Below, piece after piece: positions 53,601 to 64,000 of a DNA stretch of 64,000 bases. Every line of letters starts with the position of its first letter. Within the stretch, counting starts at the first letter, position 1. The translations under genes were made by a program, and so were the position numbers. Source of the DNA: Adineta vaga (taxonomy: Eukaryota; Animalia; Rotifera); NCBI GenBank assembly GCA_021613535.1, contig CP075492.1, forward strand, positions 8,308,001 to 8,372,000. Direction: 5' to 3'. The notes below the pieces were generated by a model. The model was not told the DNA's origin. It was given only the letters and a program-made list of their open reading frames with translations, and did no database searches.

Positions 53601-54537
53601 AAAATTGAATGTCTTGTTCAGTTTTATTATGATCATCGAATGGTTGATAACGTGATTGAGTGTAGTGACTATGATCATCAAACTGAACGAACGAAAAAAA
53701 TTGAAGATTATATCAAAAAAGATCGATGAATAACATACTCGACGAACATCTGTTGAACCTGATGGTGGAACTAATGGTGGAGGAGTAGAGACAGCGGGAG
53801 TGGAGTATATCGGTTGTTGATATAAATGATTTCGATAAAGTAATCTTAATTAAAACAAAATAAAAAAGATTATTGAAGGTTCGATGGAACGTGACATTGT
53901 CATCAACATTTATTCTAGTGAGAAAACCACTTTTTATTGTGAATGGAAAAAAATGTTTGTTTGTATTAGTAAATCCTTCGAAGTGTTTAATGACATGAAA
54001 AAACAACATTTTCTTTTTCAAGTTCAAATACAACGTCCTCGAAAGATATTTACGGTTTACTTTTCAAGAAACCTCAAAACAACATATAACTATGTCAATT
54101 ATAAACACATCTACTTTCGTCTATAAAAACAAACAAGAAATTCTTACTCGTGTTGTAGTTGTTGTTGTTGTTGATGTTGAACATAATTTTCATTGTTATT
54201 ATTATTATTATTTTTATTTAATAGCTCATGTTCATTCAATAGATGATGTTGACCTCCATTGGATGTATTTAGAGATTCATCATCATCGTCATCTTCTTCA
54301 TCATCGTCTTCACCATCCGATGGTTCTTCATGTCCTTCGAATGCTGCCATAATCAATTCAACAATCTAAATAAAGAATTGTTTTTCGAAAACATGTTTTC
54401 GTATTTTTTTTCTCACTTACTTCATTTTGATTCGTTTGCTCATGAACAATATCTTCGTGATCTTCTTCGTCGAAATCATTTTCATTGAGCCCCATTGAAT
54501 CAGGCAAAAACATACTAACACCTGAATTAAATTCCAT
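47605..54537 (-). CDS. CEP152: Centriolar coiled-coil protein, CEP152/Asterless-like
   Basis: Acidic N-terminus (MEFNSGVSMFLPD...DFDEEDHED), QKFRILCNAKDRKITELE, ESLIDSLHRKVNELQRFDTIARTQQDCEHLLASTREKHEQE, a long coiled coil and an S/Q-rich tail. Many exons. Confidence 0.7.
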
Positions 54538-55027
54538 TTGAAATATCTAGTTTATAATAGCACCATGAAAAAATGTCTTCTTTTTCTTTTTTTTCTCTTC
54601 TCTTTTCTTAACCACATTTTCTGTTCATGCAATTTTCTCGTCTGACCTTGTTACTATAGTTACCGTCAGTAAAGAGGAAAGATAGACTTAATTTTAATAT
54701 TAATAAAATCTATTCATATTTTTATTTTGTAAATATTTAAATTCTTAAAATTTCAAAAATTCAAATCATAAAGCGACATCTTTTCTTTCGAACTGGACAA
54801 TCAGTTTAACGTGGTTAACTTGAATGAATGAATGAATTAAATTAAATTTATTTAAAAACTTTGAAAAAATATGAAAGTTTAACGTTAGATATTTTTTCAT
54901 AAAACGAAATGGTCATACGTCATTAAGTTCGCATTTTTTTTCGTTCGTTTTATAGTCAGTGTGAGTTTAAGCAGATAATGAGGTAATCTTACATCAGAAA
55001 ATTTCACCTGAGGAAGAAAAAAGGATT

Positions 55028-55101
55028 TGGTCCCTATGAGGATCGAACTCATGACCTCCGCGTTATTAGCACGGCGCTCTAACCAGCTGAGCTAAGGGAC
55101 C
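55028..55101 (-). tRNA. tRNA-Ile (anticodon AAT), second identical copy
   Basis: Sequence identical to 46885-46958, with the same terminator. Confidence 0.96.
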
Positions 55102-56896
55102 GATGTCATTAAGTAGTAAAAATGATGGATCGATATGATTTATTTTTATGACACCCTACTTCGTTACTATAAGCTTATTATTGATGAGTGCGTGGTGTTG
55201 GAAATCAGTCTTTCAGTTTATTTTGATATCAATCATATTACAATAGAACGAATCATCAAGGTTAATCCACAATCTTTTTTGCTTACTAGAAACGATATTG
55301 TGATACGGAACGTGTGCCGTCTTTAAAACTATTTGTGAAACAATTTCTGCATGATTTAACTAAACTTGTTTTTTTTTCTAGAAGGACGTCGATCAGATTA
55401 CAGGTGCACTCTTTGTTAGAACAGTCTCGTCAATTTCATTGGGAATTAAGATTATACAAATACAAAACGTTCATCTAAATCAAGATAGTAAAGTTTCTTG
55501 GTGAACATGACTAAAAAATGACCGGAAATATGTTGGCAATTTCCTGTCTCTAGCACTTCATCGTCATCACTCGTCAAATAAGATTTTTTTTTCTTCAATA
55601 GTCTTAAATGATCATACATATCTATAAATTCAGTTAATATCATCATTGTCTCTGTTTGAAGTGTCAGAACACATGTGCCATCTTTTCTCTTCTCTAAGAA
55701 TATAATCCTATGTGATCGTTTTCTTTTGGAATTTTTTTTTATTGCAAAATAGAACAAATAAAAGCTTGATAGAACTGATATACAGACGAGAAAAATAAAA
55801 ATCGATCTGTTTCTATCATTTACATACAATTAGAATGGAAATAATCCAATCTTTTCTCTAGAGAATTAAAAAAAAAGAAAATAGAACAACTATTTTAAAA
55901 TGTTCATTGCATATTATTTATTGATGATAGTTATCAAATTGAAATCTTTTGTCTTCTCTTGTTCTCATCGTATATAAATATCTTTTCAAAGAGATGACAT
56001 CATTGCAAAACGACCTTGCTATTGACTATACAGGAAATTAGTCTTCTGTGAAAATCACAACTGAAATTTTTTTTTCAATAAGGGCATCATTATTTCCTTT
56101 CTTCTTTTGTATTACATACTAATACTATCATCATTATCGATACTTATAATATAATGAACTAAGTTCTTGCATCTCTTCAAAGATGAGCAAATTCGTTCAC
56201 TCATTCATACAATTTTTTAGCAACGATATATGATGCACATGAATGATACAATTAGAATTAAAGATCATCCAAACGAGTAGAAACAAAAGTTGATCGTCTA
56301 GATTCTTTTCTTTTCTTTTCATGCTTAAAAACGGCAGGCATGTGTCAGTGTCCGGAATCTCAATCTGTTGAACACATAGACAAATATAGACATTGGGGTG
56401 CGTGTGTATTTAGTTTTCAATGACACATTAGACGAATGAAGAATAAAGATTGCCCCGGGTAAATCTTCTTGTTGACAATAACCTTTGATTACAGACATTT
56501 ACTTCTAATATAATCATTACCTGACAGTGAAAAGAAAAAATGAATTCGAAATACATCTCTATGAGACGTACAATTTTGTACGTCTATGATTTTCTTCTTT
56601 TTTTTCTCTCTGATTCGCTCGCGATGTGCACGATTGCCATTTCCTCTTTATCTACACTCTCTTGTCTTCCAAAGAGAAGAAGAAGAGGGAGAGAGAGAGA
56701 GAAAACGAACGAGGAAATAGAAGCAAATAAATAGATAGCATAACCCGTCATAGACGTATGCAAGCGTTGGAATGATCCATGATCGGAAATGATACACTTA
56801 ACAAAACTTTTTTCTTCAATCTATTAGAAATTATCTCTCTTTTTTTATTGTTCTATTCTTTCTTTAATGTTATCTACCTGATGAGATAAAAAAAAC

Positions 56897-58594
56897 ATGG
56901 CTGATGTCGTTCATCGAATAAATGAACTAACACATACACGTCTCTCATGGTTTGGATGTTCAGATGATGATGCTTGTAATCGTCTCAATCATCGTCATAC
57001 GGTTTTAATGTTATTAATCTTTTCAGCTATATTAACTTCACGTTTATTTATATCGGATTTAATTATTTGTTGGACACCGGGTGAATTCACAGGTAAAAGA
57101 CAATCATCATTTTGTATTCTGTTCTTTTTTTCAATTGATTGACAGATTAATTAAAGTTGAAGAGAAAAAGAAAATGAACTATTGTAGTCTATATGTCTCG
57201 AAGCATAAACAATAACGAGTCAAATATGACAGACTTGACACATACATATATCGATGATGAGTATGTTCATTATGAAGAAGATAAATGGACTAAAGCTTGA
57301 CATGACATTTAATAGGTTATCTATTTATCTCTCGTCATTAAAATCCCTGAGGCAATGATCTGAACTTTAAAATCTAATAATAAAATAAAATGATTAAGTC
57401 ATTTTTCTTTCTTGTCCAGGTAATTTTGTTTCCTATACACGTCATTATTGTTATGTAACAAATACTTATTATATATCGGTCAATGAAACAATTCCGACAT
57501 TAAGTAATGCTCATATACGTCGGAAACGTTCGATTTATTATTATCAATGGTTACCAATATTACTTGCATTTCAATCTTTATTATTTCTAATTCCACGTTT
57601 AATCTGGAGTAGTTTTAGTTCACGTTGTGGAATTAATTTACAACATTGTCTATCACCTCAATTTGATTATCGTACAAGTCGATATAAAGTTCATCATTTA
57701 ACAACCATGCTTCGTTTATTATCTCGTGCCAAACAACATGATTTCGATCGTATGACTACAACAAATCATGTGAATAAGACAAGTCTAACAGCAAATATTC
57801 ATTTATTAAAAACATTTTGTATTCCATTTTTCTTTCTTAATGAAAATCCATTTCATGGTTATTATCTTGCAAATCTCTTTCTTATTGTAAAAATACTTTT
57901 TCTTATTAATTCATCTTTACAATTACTTTTTTTAAATACGTTATTAACGAAAAATTCTATTTTTTATGGTTTGGAAGTTATTGACAATTTCTATCGAGGC
58001 GAATATATTGTTGGATCAAGAATCTTTCCCATCAGTGTCTATTGTGATTTTAATATTATCAAAATTGGTCAACCGACACTTTATACAGTAATAAAAATAC
58101 AAACGATCTTTTCAAAAAAATTTCATTGTTTTTGTTTATTACAGGTTCAATGTTTATTACCAATGAATGTTTTCAATGAAAAAATCTTTACAATTATTTG
58201 GTTTTGGTTAGTTTTTTTAACTTTAACAAATTTAAAAAGTGTTCTTTTAACAATTATACGAAGTAATTTTCCACAATTTAATTATGGTTATGTAGCAAAT
58301 TATTTAGATTTATATTCTAAACAAGAACGTTTTAAAAAACATACTCTTGTTAAACGTTTTATATTTGATTATTTATCAGCTGATGGAATCTTAATATTAA
58401 GATTAATCTCAGAAAATATCAGTGATTTATTAACAAGTGAAGTTATTAATGAACTTTGGAATGAATATAAGAAATTATCAAATTTATCGCCAACAAATCG
58501 TGAAAAATATCAACGTTTGAAAGGAACTAATCCTCCAACAACAGATGTGATTACAACAACAAAAAATATTCATTATCGTCATATGTTCCGATAA
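56897..58594 (+). CDS. Innexin gap-junction protein
   Basis: DDDACNRLNHRHT, IICWTPGEFT, YCYVTNTYY, YYYQWLPILL, PRLIW, IFPISVYCDF, VQCLLPMNVFNEKIFTIIWFW, YLSADGILILRLISEN. Confidence 0.95.
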
Positions 58595-59584
58595 ACATAT
58601 TAACAAAATACATTGACACATGTCTCGATTAATATCAGAAGAAATTATTTTACAGTTGTTTTTCAATGGATTCTAGTTGTGATTGAACATATAACAATAA
58701 ATAGCGCAGAAAATTTGTTGAATAAGTTTTTTTTTCATCTTTCCAAGTGATACTCGATACTAGAAGAGAAATGGAATCTAATGCCCTTGATCATATAAGC
58801 GTGCTTACTTTTAAGTAGAACAATTGATTAAAGTCAACATATTCATCTTGCTTTCATATACGGGTGTTCTTTTAACTAGAGAAGAATGAATGATAATGGA
58901 TCTTTTAGAATTGTCAATAGTTAATTATTTCAAAGAATATATTGACGTATATATATATACTAAAGTTGTTTACTCAGATAACATTTGTGAAATATTTAGA
59001 ATATAAATCATTGTCTGAGTAATTGAAAGAGATGACGATTTTGATGAAATCTTTGATTTGAAGAGATAAATGACGTCTAGAGACATCTAATCAAGCGAAA
59101 AGAAAAAGAATTTACAAATATATATGTCGCTAAGTAACATTGTTCGGTTGTTATTGAGAATGATAGAAAAGGTAAAGAGTCGTTAAAGAATCGAAGAAAA
59201 AATATTTGATCAACAATCAAATGAATTTGGTGAGTGAAAGAAAATAAAACAATCCATTGTTAAACAAAATATTATTTTAATGTGATAGCAGTATATTTGA
59301 TCTACAATGAAACACCAGTTAACAAAACTCAATATCAGTGTGAAAGGGTTAGAAAGAAAAAGAAGAATTTCATCTTCGATCATTGAAAATTTTATATGTA
59401 AAAGAAGGTGATCGATGTGTTTACATTTTGTGATTATAAGATGCCATCAACAAATGTTACTCTACTAAGGATTCCAATTAATTGATCTTCAATATTCGAT
59501 ATTTAACATCAAATAATAAACATAAATTCTTCAGAAATGAACTGAAGATTGTTTTTGTTTAAATTTTAGATCAGTAGTTGTAAC

Positions 59585-60733
59585 ATGACATCGAAAAACG
59601 ATCGATTCTTTGATCCAAAAGATGGAACATATGCCAATGTACCGATTGTACCAATTCATCGTGAAATATTTCGTGGAAAACGACCATTTAATACTAAAGT
59701 TTTAATCAGAAATTGGTATGAAGATCGATCGAAGGTAAATACATTTCTTAGTCAAAAAATGAAACGCTTTCTAAGTAAACATGAATGGCATGTAACTAGA
59801 ATCTCTTTTTGCATAATTGAAATTCATACCTTCCGATATGAAGTATGTTTATTCTTTATTTAGTTTAAAGAATCCAGTCATCGATCTAAATCATTCTATC
59901 GTATTGAATATCCAGCTCATGTTGGATCTGTACCTGATACTGTTTTTAGACGGCGAGTTCTTACCTCAAAAGAACAACGACCTGATCGATTGATTCTTGA
60001 TCACCATGATATTGATCATCAAAAACAACTCATTAGCAGGTAGGAATATCAAATCAAGTCATAGTATTCATTCTTATTTGTTTCAATAAAGTTATGATGA
60101 ACAATACAATAGACGAGGAGCTTATGGTGAACATCAAGTAAATTGATTAGTTTCTTTGAATTCTTAATAATATATTATAAAGGATACATCCGAACGTAAA
60201 TGGGCCTTACAAGACAATCATTGGTTACCTGAACGTAGTGATCATCCACTTCAAAGTACGCCCACAAGTTGGGGTTTAGTAGAACATAAACGTGCTCAAA
60301 ATCAATTTCTTCAACGTCAACGTACAATGCCTGATCTAAGGTATTTATCATCATCTCTATTCATTCTTCATCTAATGTTTTTAGTGAATATACGAATAAC
60401 TATGTGCCTTATCGATCAAATGAATATCTTTCAGCAAAACATACTAGTATACCACGAATATATTCATCAGGAATGAATCGTGCTAGTTCTTTAAATAATA
60501 ATATAATCAATCGTCGAGAACCACCTATTCCTGATCCGACGGATATTGATCATGTCTTTTCAGTACGACGAAATGCGCACGTACCACGAGCTTATTTTTA
60601 TTCTTCGCCAACATCAATTCAAAATGATCATTCGATGATAAAAACTGATTCTTGTCGAATGGAATCTAATCATCCAATACGATCTGCAAATCTGTCATTG
60701 GAACCAATTCAACGTCAAGAACAAACTGTTTGA
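59585..60733 (+). CDS. CFAP107: Ciliary microtubule inner protein CFAP107/C1orf158-like
   Basis: FNTKVLIRNWYEDR, SFYRIEY, LISSYDEQYNRRG, WLPERSDHPLQSTPTSWGL. Five exons. Confidence 0.8.
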
Positions 60734-61306
60734 ATAGTCTTATTAATCAATTGCGCATTTATTCAAAGCTTTTTTTTTCTATTTTTCAATAAAATCAACT
60801 ATAGACATACTCGATAATTTACGTTCGTAGTTTTTCTACAATCATTTCAAACAAATGTTATGAATATGATAAACAGAAACATATAAAAATATTTTTTCTA
60901 TTTTAATCTGTGAAACTATGTAACTATGATGGACCGAGAAAAAAAGTAACGTAGATTAAATATTTTCTTTTTTGCGATCAACAATTTCAAGTTTGGTATA
61001 CTATTTCGAAGATTCAAATATTGTTTCAATCGTATAATCCTTCAATTTATCTGATCTAGAAGCGTCACATATCTTTGAAGATTATCAATCATATACATAT
61101 ATTATAAGCAATTAAGATATCTCATGCATCATTTAATCTCTTCGTTTTTCATGTACCTATGATCTATGTCGCATCTATGACATATGAAACAATTCAATCA
61201 GATATAATCGATATTTTATTAGATCTTATATGAATACATAAGAGATAAGCAAAGGATTATTAAAATTTATTCCCAATCGTTTGGACATTATCAGGAGAGA
61301 AGATAA

Positions 61307-61592
61307 TTATTTGAGTGTAATAATACATTGAAATTGTTTATGATTGGGTGTACGACGAAATCTTAATGGTAATGGTTCATTCACAGGTACAACACGAGCA
61401 CAATCACCTAGTTTTAAAGCTTGCATGAGTAATGTTTGAAGTTCATCATGATGATTCGAAGATCCTATAGGAATAGACAAGTAAGAAAAGATTGAACTTC
61501 ACTGGGAACATAGAAATCTTACCTAAAGAAACTTCAGCTTGAATTACAAGCATGACAATAAGGACGCATAGAAGGCTCTTTCCAGAAATCAT
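61307..61592 (-). CDS. 75-aa secreted peptide precursor (absent from the ORF track)
   Basis: Exons 61523-61592 and 61307-61464 with a 58-bp GT-AG intron: MISGKSLLCVLIVMLVIQAEVSLG-SSNHHDELQTLLMQALKLGDCARVVPVNEPLPLRFRRTPNHKQFQCIITLK*. Confidence 0.75.
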
Positions 61593-62395
61593 TGTTCTTA
61601 TTTTCTGTCACAGAATTAACATTGACAGTCGAATATGGAATAGTATATCGTCCTAAATAGAATAGAATAGAAAAGAAGAACGATGATTATTGCATAAAAA
61701 CTCAATGAGGATTAACTGGATTGATATATATATATATATATATATGATAGTATTATGCTTCTTTAAATAGCAGTAAGAATACGTAAAACCCGATAAGAGA
61801 AACAGTGAAACATATTTTCGTCGGAGATTAAATACGTGAAAACATTTTCGAAGATGAAAGTAAAAAATTATGTAGTGGAGGAGTCAAATCCGGTGGATGA
61901 AGGTTAAGCCATAGTAGTATTTGGTCTCTTGTATCAGACATTTAAAAACGCACTCGAAAGTATGCCGAATATGTTTTCAAATAATGATTGTCTATCAATT
62001 ATTTTCAATAAAGTTTTCGTTTTCATACAATAGAATTATATTTGTTTACGATCTTATTCTGTTTAGTCTTGATTAAAAAAAACGAACGACAGATGATACA
62101 CACGCACACAGAAAAAAATGAACAATGATGGTACAAATAGAATAATAGAATCGATTAAAGCAATGAAACAAATGAACGAAATGCGATGGCTAGAGAAAGA
62201 GAGAGAGAGAGAGAGACAAAAAACAAAACAGGGAATAAATAGTGCAAACAATTTACAACATACACCCTCATAAACAAAAACAGATATCTGATGTCACATA
62301 CATGGAATGCAGTTCGATGGGGAAAAATGAAAGAAAGACGATGAATATGAATGTATATCTGACTGCTGAATTACACAATTGATTCGTTTCTTTTT

Positions 62396-64000
62396 CTAGG
62401 ATGACCATGTGTGATTCTGAAAGAGAAATTATATTTGATAAATTATATTGCAAAAACATATGGTAATGATATCTTACTTCTAAGATTTCTGGATGTTGAT
62501 GATCGAGATGATTGAGGAAGTATTGTCGATCATTATTTACCGTATAATTACATTTTGAACATTTATAAACAATGGTACGAGCTTTTTGTTGAACTATATG
62601 GAAAGAGAAAATTGTTTATAAAAACTAGCAAATTATTATTCTTACTTGTAGTAAATTGTTTAGTTAATGGATTATTTTCCAACCAATGTAATTCTAAATT
62701 ACAAGAAAAATGTTTCTGAATATGTCAAGTAAAAACTTTTAGAAATATACCATAGTCAAACATTTGTTCATCAAATTGAATATCGCGACTTTTTTCTTCC
62801 TGCAAAAAAGGAAAAGAAATCTTAGAATTCATATGATTCTTAAGTCGAATATCATACTTCTTGTTCATCGTCATCGTTTTCAATATCACTAGTATTAGTT
62901 GACGGTTTTTGTTGTTGAAAATCTTGTTCAAAATTATGAGTGTATTTCATTGATGCATGTCCTTTACGATGAACAAGTAAATCAGATAAATCTTCAGCTT
63001 CATAATCACATTGTCGACAACGAAGATGATTATTTTGTGTACGTGAATTATTTGCAATACGTTTTTGTTTTTCATCTGTTTCATCTTGTTGATGATTTTC
63101 ATCAACGATAATTAAACTATTATTTTCATCATCTTCATCTTCATCTTCTTCGACAATTTCTTCTTCATCATCGTCTATTTCCAAAGATTTCTGATGTTGT
63201 TGTTGTTGCTGCTGTTGTTGAGCAAAAAATGTTGACATTTGCATGGCAGCTGCAGCAAATGCAGCAGCATTTTGTTTATCAGATGATACATTCTTATGCA
63301 CATCATTATTTCCAATGACTAAACCAAGACTCTGAAATAAAAGAACAATTTATTCAATCCTTGTTTTCTTTTCTACGAAGATTGTTTATTTACCTCCATA
63401 ACTTTAGCCATAGCTTTTCGTCCAACTAAAACAGGTCCATGATGATTACATAGCCGCATGTGTTTTTTAACATCACATTTCCACTTCGATTTATAATCAC
63501 AATTGAAACAATGATATGGACTTTCTGCTGAATGAACAATCAAATGTCGACGTAATTCAGCCATTGAATTTGCAGCAAATGGACATTGTTGACAAGCTAA
63601 TGTTCGATCACGTGTATATTTCATTGAAGATAATTTTTGTTGAACATCAAGTCCAAAAAAACTATAGTCTTCATCGGTTAATGGAGCTGGTGCTAATGCT
63701 CGATCATCAGTTCCTTCATATTTCGCTTTCAATGTTGTTTGAAATAAATATTTATCCGGTAATTCAACAATTTTTGCACTATCATGAGCATGTTGTTTTT
63801 TTACATGTTTCTACAACAACAACAACGAAAAATTCCGTATTCATTTAATATTTACTAAAAAAAACCTAAGAACTTACTTGAACATCCCATTTCCAACTCG
63901 AAGCATATGGACAAGCTGAACAATGATATGGTTTATCTCGAGCATGATGACATCGCATATGTTGAATTAATTCACTTCTCCAGCGTCCGCGATAATCACA
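62396..64000 (-). CDS. Multi-C2H2 zinc-finger transcription factor (3' part; 5' end lies beyond the window)
   Basis: Fingers CDYRGRWRSELIQHMRCHH, YHCSACPY, CQQCPF...LRRHLIVH, YHCFNCDYKSKWKCDVKKHMRLCNH, CRQCDY...LLVHRKGH and CSKCNY...HLDHQH, with poly-A/Q/E tracts. Confidence 0.88.

Noticed and set aside
55135-55829. ORFs of 63 and 125 aa beside the second tRNA
   Set aside because: No domain or splice support, and composition is driven by A/T runs.
58088-58144. Apparent insertion VIKIQTIFSKKFHCFCLLQ in innexin
   Set aside because: It is a 57-bp GT-AG intron that happens to lack stops. Removing it restores the conserved ..YT|VQCLLP.. motif.
1-64000. CRISPR arrays, rRNA, autonomous transposons or viral genes
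   Set aside because: I saw no repeat-spacer arrays, rRNA motifs, or transposase/RT/integrase motifs. The RdRP is the intron-containing cellular DxDGD type, not a viral GDD palm polymerase.

Overview
AT-rich, gene-dense eukaryotic (animal) genomic DNA. Most introns are short (about 45-80 bp) GT-AG introns. The innexin, neuropeptide-type GPCRs, centriole/cilia genes, an RNAi-type RdRP and bacterial-looking enzymes together suggest a bdelloid rotifer or similar invertebrate (inference only). I assembled about 20 protein-coding genes by hand from splice sites. In order: KDM2-like JmjC demethylase, RdRP, CD36/SCARB, intronless nitrilase-family hydrolase, TRIC/TMEM38, EFR3 with a nested antisense GPCR, Cys-rich membrane protein, PRXamide-type GPCR, orphan disordered protein, GGCT/YtfP-like protein, mRpL3, RPL37A, death-domain protein, CEP112-like, ELOVL6-like, CEP152-like, innexin, CFAP107-like, a small secreted peptide precursor and a C2H2 zinc-finger gene. 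There are also two identical tRNA-Ile(AAT) genes and a MITE-like element. The most striking item is a catalytically intact RdRP (DLDGD) whose C-terminal region is replaced by an acidic linker, a Cys cluster and a terminal transmembrane helix, i.e. a candidate tail-anchored, membrane-bound small-RNA amplifier. Other items of note: two operon-like or shared-leader gene pairs (nitrilase-TRIC and mRpL3-RPL37A), two horizontal-transfer candidates, an apparent frameshift in mRpL3, and an unannotated 75-aa LPLRF-containing precursor. All family assignments come from remembered motifs, not database searches.
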